The notes under the pieces are model-generated. The model was not told where the DNA came from, ran no database searches, and saw only the letters and a program-made list of their open reading frames with translations. From contig CAWAMW010000011.1 in the NCBI GenBank assembly GCA_963783305.1, forward strand, positions 64,001-128,000: a DNA stretch of 64,000 nucleotides, given 5' to 3'. Below, piece after piece: positions 18,991-28,123 of the stretch. How positions within the stretch are numbered: position 1 is the stretch's first letter; every line of letters begins with the position of its first letter. Made by a program: the position numbers and the translations under genes. The DNA is from an uncultured Gemmatimonadales bacterium. GTDB lineage: Bacteria > Gemmatimonadota > Gemmatimonadetes > Longimicrobiales > RSA9.

Positions 18991-20007
18991 ATGCGAGCGG
19001 ACGTGAGCGGACCCGCGCGGGTGGAGGTTCTGCGTGGCGGTCGGGTGGAGTCGGTGCACGAGGTCGATCTCGCGGTGGTGAGCGCCGACGGCTCGGTGGT
19101 GATGCGGGCGGGGCGGCCAGAGCACCCGGTGTTCGTGCGTTCGGCCATCAAGCCTTTCCAGGCGCTGCCTCTGGTGGCCGACGGAGTGGCGGAGTCCCTG
19201 GGTCTGACCGAGGAGGAGATGGCGGTGTGCTGTGCTTCCCACAGCGGCGAGCGCAGGCACGTGGAACTTGCCCGCTCGATCCTCGAAAAAGCAGGGGTGG
19301 ACGAAACGGCGCTCGCGTGCGGGCCGCACGCGCCGTTCAGCAGCGAAGCGGCCGAATCGCTGCGCGCCGCGGGACTGGAGCCGCTGCGGGTCCACAACAA
19401 CTGCTCCGGCAAACACGCGGGAATGCTCGCGCTGGCCCGGGGGCACGACTGGCAGACCGCGGGTTACCAGAAGCTGGAGCACCCGGTGCAGCAGCGGGTT
19501 CTCCGGGAGATCGAGCGCTGGACCGGCGTGGCTCGCCACCGCATCGACACGGGTGTGGACGGCTGCGGCGTTGCGACGTTCGCCCTTCCGCTGGAGGCGC
19601 TGGCACTGGCGTTCGCTCGTCTGTCGGCGGCGGCCCGGGAAGCCGGGAGCCCGGCCGCGCGCGTCCTGGGCGCCATGCGTGCCCACCCGTTCGTAGTAGC
19701 CGGTACGAACCGACTTTGTACGGAGGTGGTGCGAGCCACCGGGGGGAGGGTCATCGCGAAGGTGGGAGCGGAGGGCGTCTACGGCGCCGTTGCGCTGGAC
19801 CGCGATTGGGGCTTTGCGCTGAAGGCGCGGGACGGCGCCCGGCGCGCGGCCGAAACGGCGCTGGTGGGACTGCTCGAGGCGGCCGGTTTGTTGCCGGTGG
19901 AAGAGGCGCGGTCGCTGGAGCGATGGCTTCATCCGGTGCTGCGGAACACGCGCGGCGAGCGGGTGGGAATGATACGGATGACGATCGAGGCGGTGGATGG
20001 TGGCTGA
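18991..20007 (+). CDS. L-asparaginase II family (class 3, Rhizobium etli type)
   Basis: RGGRVESVH, RSAIKPFQ, SHSGE..H, HNNCSGKHAG, DGCG, AKVGAEGV. Confidence 0.9.
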   Translation: MRADVSGPARVEVLRGGRVESVHEVDLAVVSADGSVVMRAGRPEHPVFVRSAIKPFQALPLVADGVAESLGLTEEEMAVCCASHSGERRHVELARSILEKAGVDETALACGPHAPFSSEAAESLRAAGLEPLRVHNNCSGKHAGMLALARGHDWQTAGYQKLEHPVQQRVLREIERWTGVARHRIDTGVDGCGVATFALPLEALALAFARLSAAAREAGSPAARVLGAMRAHPFVVAGTNRLCTEVVRATGGRVIAKVGAEGVYGAVALDRDWGFALKARDGARRAAETALVGLLEAAGLLPVEEARSLERWLHPVLRNTRGERVGMIRMTIEAVDGG

Positions 20008-20644
20008 GAGGGCGTCGGATGAGGCGGTGCTGGACCCCACCACACGCGTGCTGGTTCGCCTGGCGGCAGCACTCACGGCAGGGGAAGCCGCGCAGCTGGT
20101 GGAGATGGACCAGGCGGCCGGACTGGCGCCGGAGCTGGCGGAGGAGGTGCTGCTCCAGAGCTATCTCTTCCTCGGATTCCCGGTGGCGCTGAACTCGCTG
20201 GGACTCTGGCGACGTCGGACCGGCCGCCCCGCGCCGGAGCCTGGCGTCATGGACCCGGCGGCGCGGGACCCCGACCGCTGGCTCGAGCGGGGGGAGGAAG
20301 TGTGCCGTGCGGTGTACGCCCATCAGTACGAAGCGCTGCGGGAGGTTATGCAGGGTATTCACCCGGAGCTGGATCACTGGGCGCTCATGGAGGGGTACGG
20401 AAAGGTGCTCGGGAGACCGGGGCTCGAGCTGTGGCGGAGGGAGTTGTGCGTGGCCGCCATGCTGAGCGGGGTCGATGCGAGTCGACAGCTCCACGCGCAT
20501 CTGCGCGGATGCCTGAACGTGGGAGCGGAGCCGGCGGTCGTGGCCGCCATGCTGGTCGAGGTACGCTCCATCATTGGCAGGGAGCGGGCGAAGACCGCCG
20601 ATCGGATCTGGCGGAAAGTACGGGAGCGCAGGGGCCAACGGTAA
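19997..20644 (+). CDS. Carboxymuconolactone decarboxylase (AhpD-like) family protein
   Basis: EVLLQSYLFLGFP, GYGKVLGRPGL, RRELC, QLHAHLRGCLNVGA. Confidence 0.8.
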   Translation: MVAERASDEAVLDPTTRVLVRLAAALTAGEAAQLVEMDQAAGLAPELAEEVLLQSYLFLGFPVALNSLGLWRRRTGRPAPEPGVMDPAARDPDRWLERGEEVCRAVYAHQYEALREVMQGIHPELDHWALMEGYGKVLGRPGLELWRRELCVAAMLSGVDASRQLHAHLRGCLNVGAEPAVVAAMLVEVRSIIGRERAKTADRIWRKVRERRGQR

Positions 20645-20669
20645 GACTCAGTCGCAGGGGGAGAGCGGG

Positions 20670-21692
20670 ATGTTCGTCGATCAGGCAACGATCAATGTGT
20701 ACGCCGGTGATGGAGGATCGGGAGCGGAGGCGTTCCGGCGAGAGAAGTACGTGGCCCACGGGGGGCCGTCCGGCGGCAACGGTGGACAGGGTGGGGACGT
20801 CATCCTGGAGGCGGACGGGCAGCTCAGCACGCTGCTCGACTTCCGCTATCACCAGCATTACAAGGCGGAGCGAGGTCAGCACGGAGAGGGGAAGAACATG
20901 ACGGGCCGGAGCGGTGAGGACCTCGTCCTGCGCGTCCCTCCCGGGACGTTTGTGACGGACACGGACACGGGCGATTCCGTGGGCGAGCTCCTGGAGGCGG
21001 GGGATCGGCTGCGGGTCGCGCGCGGCGGCCGCGGGGGTCGCGGCAACGCCGCGTTCGCCTCGCCGACCAACCGCACGCCCAGGGAGTGGGAGCCGGGCGA
21101 GCTGGGGGAGGAGCGGCGCCTCACGCTGGAGCTGAAGCTCATCGCGGATGTGGGGCTGGTAGGATTCCCGAACGCCGGCAAGTCGACGCTGCTCGCCGCC
21201 GTCTCGGCCGCCCGTCCGAAGGTGGCGGATTACCCATTCACTACCCTCCAGCCGAACCTGGGTGTGGTCCAGATGTCCGACAGCCGGACCTTCGTGCTCG
21301 CCGACATCCCGGGAATCATTGAGGGAGCGCACGAGGGGAAGGGGCTCGGGTTCCAATTCCTGCGCCACATCGAGAGGACCCGGGTTCTCACCTTCCTGGT
21401 TCCGGCCGAGTCGGAGGACGTGGAAGCGGAGCTCGCGACGCTCCGGGCCGAGCTGGCCGAGTACTCCGAGGAGCTGGCGAGAAAGCCGTTCAGCGTGGTG
21501 ATCTCGAAGGCCGACCTCGTGGGGCCGGAAGACGAGCTGGAAGTGCCGGATGTCCCGGGCGCCTGGGGTCGATTCGTCATATCGGCGGTGTCCGGCAGGG
21601 GCGTCGATGCCTGGAAGGAGGCTGTCTGGAAGCAGGTCCGCGGGGAAGTCCAGGAGGAGATCGAGGAGGAGCCGGAACCGTGGCGACCGTAG
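20670..21692 (+). CDS. obgE: GTPase ObgE/CgtA
   Basis: [56 protein letters not shown]. Confidence 0.98.
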   Translation: MFVDQATINVYAGDGGSGAEAFRREKYVAHGGPSGGNGGQGGDVILEADGQLSTLLDFRYHQHYKAERGQHGEGKNMTGRSGEDLVLRVPPGTFVTDTDTGDSVGELLEAGDRLRVARGGRGGRGNAAFASPTNRTPREWEPGELGEERRLTLELKLIADVGLVGFPNAGKSTLLAAVSAARPKVADYPFTTLQPNLGVVQMSDSRTFVLADIPGIIEGAHEGKGLGFQFLRHIERTRVLTFLVPAESEDVEAELATLRAELAEYSEELARKPFSVVISKADLVGPEDELEVPDVPGAWGRFVISAVSGRGVDAWKEAVWKQVRGEVQEEIEEEPEPWRP

Positions 21693-22774
21693 CCTCGGCC
21701 CCGATCCGACCTCCGCCCGAGCTGCTGCGGGCGTTGATCGGCGCGGCTGTGCTCCCCGGCGTAGGCTGCGTTAGCCTGCGCGCCGCCCTCGCGGATCGGG
21801 CGGGGCCCGCAGCGGCGCTGGATCGCCTTGCCGTCGAAGTCCGCGGTGGCCTGGGGGTGGTGGACCGGGAACGCGCCGGCGGCTGGGCCCGGCGCGCACT
21901 GGAGACCATCGAGGCGGAGCACGTCCACGTCCTGGTCCCCGGCGACGGCCACTATCCAGAGCGACTTCTCCAGGTGCCTCACCCGCCCTGTCCCCTCTTT
22001 GCCCGGGGCCGCCTCGAGCTCCTGGAGGCCCCCATGGTGGCGGTCGTCGGCACGCGCCGCTGCACGCCGTACGGGAGGGACGCGGCCCGGCGGATCGCGG
22101 GTGGCATCGCCTCTGCCGGCGTGATTGTGATCAGCGGCCTCGCCCGCGGCATCGACGGTGAGGCACACGCCGCCGCCGGACCCGCCCGGACGGTGGCCGT
22201 GCTGGGCTGCGGGATCGATGTCGTCTTCCCTGTGGACCATCGCAGTCTGCAGGAGGCGATCGGGGTGGAGGGTCTGCTGGTCACCGAGCAGCTTCCGGGG
22301 GCGCCGCCCGCCGCACACAACTTCCCGCGCCGCAACCGGATCATCGCCGGACTGGCCCGCGGGGTGGTCGTGATCGAGGCCCCCGTGAAGAGCGGCGCCC
22401 TCAGCACTGCCCGGAAGGCCGTGGACGCAGGGCAGGACGTGTTCGCGGTACCCGGCCCGATCGGGACCCGGTCGTCGGCCGGCTCGAACGCGTTGATCCG
22501 CGACGGCGCAACGCTGGTGACCAGCGCCCGCGAGGTGCTGCTGGGGCTGAAGCTGCCGCTGCCGCAGGACGGCTTCGAGGAAGAGGTCGCTCCGCGGGAG
22601 CTGGAGGGGCAGGGGCTCGCGCTCTGGCGGGTTCTCGGTCGCGAGCCGAGGCACGTGGACGAGATCTCGACCGAAGTGGGACTGGAGCCGCATCGCAGCC
22701 TGGCGTCGCTGCTCGCCCTCGAAGTGCGGGGGCATGCCCGGCAGCTCCCGGGCTTGCGCTTCGTTCGAGCCTGA
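21680..22774 (+). CDS. dprA: DNA-processing protein DprA
   Basis: VAVVGTR, SGLARGID..AH, FPRRNRIIAGL, SGALST, VFAVPG, C-terminal winged helix. Confidence 0.93.
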   Translation: MATVASAPIRPPPELLRALIGAAVLPGVGCVSLRAALADRAGPAAALDRLAVEVRGGLGVVDRERAGGWARRALETIEAEHVHVLVPGDGHYPERLLQVPHPPCPLFARGRLELLEAPMVAVVGTRRCTPYGRDAARRIAGGIASAGVIVISGLARGIDGEAHAAAGPARTVAVLGCGIDVVFPVDHRSLQEAIGVEGLLVTEQLPGAPPAAHNFPRRNRIIAGLARGVVVIEAPVKSGALSTARKAVDAGQDVFAVPGPIGTRSSAGSNALIRDGATLVTSAREVLLGLKLPLPQDGFEEEVAPRELEGQGLALWRVLGREPRHVDEISTEVGLEPHRSLASLLALEVRGHARQLPGLRFVRA

Positions 22775-22805
22775 ACTGTCCCGGTTCCCGCGGGTACCTC
22801 AGGTC

Positions 22806-23960
22806 GTGAAGCCCCGAAACCTGTACGTACACGCCCCGTTCTGCGCCCGCCGCTGCAGCTACTGCGACTTCGCGGTCACGGTGGACTCGGCTCCGCCCGT
22901 TGCCGCGTGGGCGGAGGCGATCGGCCGCGAGCTGCAGCGCACGTCGCGGGAGCAGGGCTGGGATGAGCCGCTCGACCTCGAGACGCTCTATCTCGGCGGA
23001 GGCACGCCTTCTCTGCTCGGACCCGGCGCCCTGAGCTCGCTGCGGGAGCGGATCGCTCCCCACGCGCGTCTGGAGGCGGTGGAGGAGCTCACGGCCGAAG
23101 CGAATCCCGAGAGCTTCACGCCCGAGCTGGCGGCGGATTGGCGAGCGGCGGGGGTGAACCGGGTCAGCCTGGGAGCCCAGACATTCCATGCGCCCAGCCT
23201 GCGCTGGATGGGCCGGCTCCACGGGCCCGACGGACCAGCGCGTGCCGTCGCGGTCGCGCGTGCGGCGGGGATCGACAACGTGGGATTGGACCTCATATTC
23301 GGGTTGCCCCCTCGACTCGGGCGGGAGTTGGGCGGGGACCTGGATCGGATCCTCGAGCTGGAGCCGGAGCACATCTCGGTGTACGGTCTCTCGGTTGAGC
23401 CCGACACGCCGCTGGGGCGCTGGGTCGCGGAGGGACGAGAAACCGTTGGGGGCGAAGATCAGTACGAGGAGGAGTTCCTGCAGGTGGCCGACAGGCTGCA
23501 GGAGGCCGGCTACGCCCATTACGAAGTCTCCAACTTCGCGCGGCCGGGGCGCGAGGCGCGGCACAATACCTCCTACTGGCGGGGTGTGCCGTACCTGGGC
23601 CTCGGCAACGGCGCCCACTCCTTCGTGGCCCCGGCGCGTTGGTGGAACCACCGGGACTGGGCAGAGTATCGTCGGGCACTGGAGGAAGGCCGGAGCGCGC
23701 GCGCCGACGAGGAAACGGTGGGGCCCGCGGAGTCGCGGCTGGAGCGCATATGGCTCGGGCTCCGGACGAGGGAGGGGCTCGCGAGTAGCGAGCTGACCCC
23801 GCGCCAGCTGCAACGCGCCCGGGAGTGGGGGCGGCGCGGCTGGGTGGAGCCGGACCCCGAGCGGCTTCGGCTGTCGGCACGTGGCTGGCTTCTGCTCGAT
23901 CGCCTGGCGGTGGAGCTCGATGAGGTCGGCCCGGCGCGGGCGCAGGGGGAGGGCGCTTGA
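22806..23960 (+). CDS. hemW: Radical-SAM heme chaperone HemW
   Basis: LYVHAPFCARRCSYCDF, GGGTPS, EANP, YEVSNFA..HN..YW; upstream of hrcA; GTG start at 22806. Confidence 0.92.
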   Translation: MKPRNLYVHAPFCARRCSYCDFAVTVDSAPPVAAWAEAIGRELQRTSREQGWDEPLDLETLYLGGGTPSLLGPGALSSLRERIAPHARLEAVEELTAEANPESFTPELAADWRAAGVNRVSLGAQTFHAPSLRWMGRLHGPDGPARAVAVARAAGIDNVGLDLIFGLPPRLGRELGGDLDRILELEPEHISVYGLSVEPDTPLGRWVAEGRETVGGEDQYEEEFLQVADRLQEAGYAHYEVSNFARPGREARHNTSYWRGVPYLGLGNGAHSFVAPARWWNHRDWAEYRRALEEGRSARADEETVGPAESRLERIWLGLRTREGLASSELTPRQLQRAREWGRRGWVEPDPERLRLSARGWLLLDRLAVELDEVGPARAQGEGA

Positions 23961-24027
23961 GCACAGCGCCGCGCGCCGCGAAATTGTATGGTTGCGGTCC
24001 GGTTGAATGGAGCCACGGTGAGTCGCC

Positions 24028-25101
24028 ATGAGTGATGCAGCTCTGACAGAACGGGAACGGAGCGTCCTTGACGCCGTCATCCGTACGTACGTGGAGACGG
24101 CGGAGCCCGCGGGGAGCCGGACTGTGGCGAAGCGCCATCATCTGGGGGTCTCGCCGGCGACCGTCCGCAACACCATGTCGGACCTGGAGGAGAAGGGATT
24201 CCTTTTCCACCCCCACACATCGGCGGGGCGGATCCCCACCGACCTGGCCTACCGCTATTACGTGGATACCTTGATGCGGCCGCGGAAGCTCACCCAGTCG
24301 CAGCGAGCGAGGCTGCGGCAGGAGCTGGGGGAGGAGAACGGTCCGCTGGAGCGGCTGGTGCGACGGGCCACTCAGGCGATGGGACTGCTCACGGGCGAGC
24401 TGGGCGTAGCCATCGCGCCGTCGGTCGATGACGTGATCCTGGAGCGTCTCGAGCTGCTGGCGCTCTCGAGCGAGAAGGTCCTGCTCGTCCTGCGCCTGCG
24501 AAACGGCATCGTGCGCACGGTGTACGTCGACCTGCCCCTGTCGATCCCGAAGGAGACGCTGCTGGCGGTCACCATCGTTCTGAACGAGCGGCTCGCGGGG
24601 CAGAGCATGGGCGCGATCCGGAAGACGCTGCCGGAGCGGCTGCGCGACGCCGCGCCGTTGGACGATGTCCCCGCTTCGGAGCTGTTGAATATCTTCCTCC
24701 AGTCGGGTGAGGACATGTTCGACCTGTCCGGGGACGAGGTCCACCTCGGATACACGAGCGTTCTGGCGAGCCAGCCGGAATTCGAGACGGGGCCGGAGCT
24801 GCGGGGTCTGATCGAGCTGACGGAGCGGCGCGACCTGCTGGCGAGTGTGCTTTCGCGGCGGGACAAGGACTCGCAGCTCCAGATCCGGATCGGCTCCGAG
24901 AACGAGGAGCCTGAGCTCAACAGCTTCACGCTGGTGACGGGCGAGTACCGGGTGGGCGATCTGGCGGGGGTGATCGGCGTTATCGGTCCCACACGCATGC
25001 CCTACGACCGGGTGGTCGCCATCGTGGACAGCACGAGCCGCCTGGTTTCAGAGCTGTACAGCACGATTTCGCAGGGACACGCACGAGAACCGAAGGACTG
25101 A
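24028..25101 (+). CDS. hrcA: Heat-inducible transcription repressor HrcA
   Basis: [40 protein letters not shown]. Confidence 0.97.
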   Translation: MSDAALTERERSVLDAVIRTYVETAEPAGSRTVAKRHHLGVSPATVRNTMSDLEEKGFLFHPHTSAGRIPTDLAYRYYVDTLMRPRKLTQSQRARLRQELGEENGPLERLVRRATQAMGLLTGELGVAIAPSVDDVILERLELLALSSEKVLLVLRLRNGIVRTVYVDLPLSIPKETLLAVTIVLNERLAGQSMGAIRKTLPERLRDAAPLDDVPASELLNIFLQSGEDMFDLSGDEVHLGYTSVLASQPEFETGPELRGLIELTERRDLLASVLSRRDKDSQLQIRIGSENEEPELNSFTLVTGEYRVGDLAGVIGVIGPTRMPYDRVVAIVDSTSRLVSELYSTISQGHAREPKD

Positions 25102-25111
25102 ACGATACGCG

Positions 25112-26272
25112 ATGCGCGATTATTACGAGATACTGGGTGTAGAGCGAGGGGCCGACGGCGAAGCGGTGAAGAAGGCCTACCGCAAGCTGGCGCTGAAGTA
25201 CCATCCCGACCGCAACGGCGGCTCCGATGAGGGCGCCGAGAAGTTCAAGGAGGCCACGGAGGCGTATGAGGTTCTGCGTGACCCGGAGAAGCGGGCCGCC
25301 TATGACCGGTTCGGTCACGCGGGCGTGAAGGGTGGGGCTGGGGCGCAGGGCTTTGGCGGGTTCGACTTCTCGGACGCGCTCAACATCTTCATGCGTGACT
25401 TCGGCGGCTTCGGGCTGGACGACCTGTTCGGCGGTGGTGCCAGAGGGCGCTCTCGCCGTGGCGGTCCGCAGAAGGGTCCGGACACGCGGCTCCGGCTGCC
25501 CATCACGCTGGCCGAGGTGGCTACGGGGGTGACCAAGAAGCTCCGGATCGACGTCAACGACCCGTGCTCCGGGTGCGGCGGGAGCGGGGCCGAGGAGGGA
25601 TCGCAGCCGGTGGAGTGCGACACGTGTGGCGGGACGGGCGAGGTCCGTCGCGTGCAGCGGTCGATGCTCGGTCAGCTCATGAGCGTGACTCCGTGCCCCA
25701 CCTGTGGCGGTGAGGGCAGGGTGATCGAGAACGAGTGCGGCGTCTGCCATGGCCGCGGGGTCGAGAGCGGAGAGACGGAGCTGGAGGTCAAGGTCCCGGC
25801 CGGCGTCTCGTCCGGTGACTACATCACGGTGCGGGGCCGGGGCAGTGTGGGCCCCCGGGGCGGCCCGCGCGGCCACGTGTACGTGGTACTGGAGGTGGAG
25901 GAGGACGAGCGGTTCGTCCGTGAGGGTGCGGACCTCTACTTCGAGCTGCCGGTCACGTACGCACAGGCGGTTCTGGGCGATTCGGTGGAGGTGCCCACGG
26001 TGCTCGGCACCGCGGATCTCGCGATCCCCCGTGGCACGCAGTCGGGCACGATCCTGAGGCTCAGGGATGAGGGCCTGCCGCGGCTGCAGGCGACCGGCAG
26101 GGGCGATCAGCTGGTGCGGGTCGTGGTGTGGGTGCCCCAGGATCTCAACCCGGAGCACGAGGCGCGAATCCGGAGTCTGCGCGATGTGGAGGATACGGCG
26201 CCGGAGTCCATCGACCGTGGATCCGAGGCGGGCGGGTTCTGGAATCGGGTCCGGCAGGCGTTCAGCGCGTGA
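25112..26272 (+). CDS. dnaJ: Chaperone DnaJ
   Basis: J domain with HPD, G/F region, four CxxCxGxG repeats. Confidence 0.98.
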   Translation: MRDYYEILGVERGADGEAVKKAYRKLALKYHPDRNGGSDEGAEKFKEATEAYEVLRDPEKRAAYDRFGHAGVKGGAGAQGFGGFDFSDALNIFMRDFGGFGLDDLFGGGARGRSRRGGPQKGPDTRLRLPITLAEVATGVTKKLRIDVNDPCSGCGGSGAEEGSQPVECDTCGGTGEVRRVQRSMLGQLMSVTPCPTCGGEGRVIENECGVCHGRGVESGETELEVKVPAGVSSGDYITVRGRGSVGPRGGPRGHVYVVLEVEEDERFVREGADLYFELPVTYAQAVLGDSVEVPTVLGTADLAIPRGTQSGTILRLRDEGLPRLQATGRGDQLVRVVVWVPQDLNPEHEARIRSLRDVEDTAPESIDRGSEAGGFWNRVRQAFSA

Positions 26273-27159
26273 AGCCTACGCGCTGGCTCGTGCTGAGCGT
26301 CCGAGCCCCCGCGGAAGAGCTCAGGGATGAGCTTACCGAGGGGCTCGTCGCGTTGGGCGGCGCCGCCGTGGAGGAGGAGCTGGACCTGCTCACGACGTAC
26401 GTGCCCCCCCCGGACGACCCCGACGCCTTTCTCGCCCATGCCGCGGAGACCCTGGGAGCGATCGCTGACGGGGAGCCGGAGATCCTCTGGCGCTGGCAGG
26501 AGGACGAGGACTGGAGCGTTCGCTGGAAGGAGGGCCTCGGCCCCCGCTCAGTCGGGCCCCGGATCACCGTGACCCAGCCATGGAACCCGGTGTCGGAGAA
26601 CGGCGACGAGATCGTCATCGTCATCGACCCGGCCATGGCGTTCGGAACGGGCGAGCATGCCACGACGCGAGGCGCGCTGCGGCTGATGCAAACGGAGCTG
26701 GAGGGCGGTGAGCGCGTGCTGGACGTGGGGTCCGGGAGCGGGATCCTGGCGATCGCGGCGGCGCGCCTCGGGGCCGACTGCGTGCTGGCTGTGGAGTCGG
26801 ACGAGGACGCCATGGAGACGGCCCGGGAAAACCTCGAGCGCAACGGAGTGGAGGAGCGCATCGAGTTCATCCACGCGCTGGTGGATTCCGCATATCTCGC
26901 CGCGGTGAGGGCGGATGGGTTCGACCTGGTCGTGGCGAACGTGCTCAGTGGGATCCTGGTCCCGCTCCTTCCTCCTCTGGCCGCCGTGCTGCGGCCGGGC
27001 GCGTGTCTCATCCTCGGCGGGATCCTGGATACGGAGGCGGCCGGCGTGGCGAGCGCCGCCTCGGCGGCCGGTCTCGCGTTCGTTCGGGAGGACCGGGAAG
27101 GGGAGTGGTGGACTGGGCTGTTCCGTCCGGATCCGGAGCCGGCCCCATCGCGCGGCTGA
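26269..27159 (+). CDS. prmA: Ribosomal protein L11 methyltransferase
   Basis: [32 protein letters not shown]; follows dnaJ with GTGA overlap. Confidence 0.94.
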   Translation: MKPTRWLVLSVRAPAEELRDELTEGLVALGGAAVEEELDLLTTYVPPPDDPDAFLAHAAETLGAIADGEPEILWRWQEDEDWSVRWKEGLGPRSVGPRITVTQPWNPVSENGDEIVIVIDPAMAFGTGEHATTRGALRLMQTELEGGERVLDVGSGSGILAIAAARLGADCVLAVESDEDAMETARENLERNGVEERIEFIHALVDSAYLAAVRADGFDLVVANVLSGILVPLLPPLAAVLRPGACLILGGILDTEAAGVASAASAAGLAFVREDREGEWWTGLFRPDPEPAPSRG

Positions 27160-27550
27160 CGGCGAGGCGCATGCGCTCGGCGGCGGCCAGCAGGTCCTCC
27201 TGGGGCGTGCTTGCCAGGAGCCGGGCCATGCTGTCTCGGAGGAGGATGTCCACGGAGCAGTGGCGGCGGCCGCCCGCGTGGGTGCGGAGCGCGACGCTGG
27301 GAACAGGATGGACACCGGCCGCGCGCAGGGCGACGTCGTACGCGGTGCGGTCGGTCTCGGACAGGAGCGAGAGGTCCGGGAAGGCGGTGGGGTGTACGAC
27401 CACGAACCGGTCGTCGTCCAGGAGCTGGGCGGCGAGCGCGGCCGTCGATGTATCGAGAGTGCGGGCCAGGTCCGTGAGAGGGATCGCGAGGCGCGATGTC
27501 GAGCTCAGGATCTCCACCGCCCGGTCGGCGGGAGTGGGGTGGGCGGGCAT
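27008..27550 (-). CDS. Hypothetical protein, possible N-terminal winged-helix; overlaps the prmA 3' end
   Basis: Fills the prmA-yqeY gap; GGAGG upstream of the ATG on the - strand; first ~135 aa look globular (ADRAVEIL..AIPLTDLARTL..LAAQLLDDDRFVVV). Confidence 0.55.
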   Translation of the reverse strand: MPAHPTPADRAVEILSSTSRLAIPLTDLARTLDTSTAALAAQLLDDDRFVVVHPTAFPDLSLLSETDRTAYDVALRAAGVHPVPSVALRTHAGGRRHCSVDILLRDSMARLLASTPQEDLLAAAERMRLAVSRAMGPAPDPDGTAQSTTPLPGPPERTRDRPPRRRSPRRPPPYPGSRRG

Positions 27551-27672
27551 GGTCACGGCTGGCCTCCGGTTCGGGGGACCTCCATCATGGGAGATCGGCG
27601 GCCTGGCTGGAATGGCGGTACGCGTCGAGGGGGAGATGGAACGGGACGGTTGATCGAGTGAAGGGGGTGGAG

Positions 27673-28110
27673 ATGGCGGGGACATTGAAGGAGCGGATCC
27701 GGTCGGACCTGAACGAGGCGCGCCGCGCCAAGGACAAGCTGCGCACCACGGTGCTGACCACGGTCCTGTCCGAGATCCGGAACAAGGAGATCGAGCAGGG
27801 GGGCGAGGCCACGGACGCGCATGTGATCGGTGTGGTGGCAAAGGCGGTGAAGCAGCGGCACGAGGCGGCGAGTCAGATGCGCGGCGCCGGCCGCGAGGAG
27901 CTGGCGGAGAAGGAGGAGCGAGAGGCCGCTCTGCTGGACGACTACACGCCGGAGTCGATGACGGAGGAGGAGGTCCGGACGCTGGTCCGCGAGGCCATCG
28001 CGGGGGGCGCCGACAACATCGGTGCGGTGATGGGGCGGCTCATGCCGAAGATCAAGGGCCGTTTCGACGGAGGGGAAGCCAACCGGATCGTGCGTGAGGA
28101 GCTCGGCTGA
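27673..28110 (+). CDS. yqeY: GatB/YqeY domain protein
   Basis: LKERIRSDL..ARRAKD, KQRHEAA..GREELAEKE..E, IGAVMG. Confidence 0.92.
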   Translation: MAGTLKERIRSDLNEARRAKDKLRTTVLTTVLSEIRNKEIEQGGEATDAHVIGVVAKAVKQRHEAASQMRGAGREELAEKEEREAALLDDYTPESMTEEEVRTLVREAIAGGADNIGAVMGRLMPKIKGRFDGGEANRIVREELG

Positions 28111-28123
28111 GCTCCTCGAAGCG

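Noticed and set aside
23960..24027. CIRCE element upstream of hrcA
   Set aside because: No TTAGCACTC-N9-GAGTGCTAA or near match visible.
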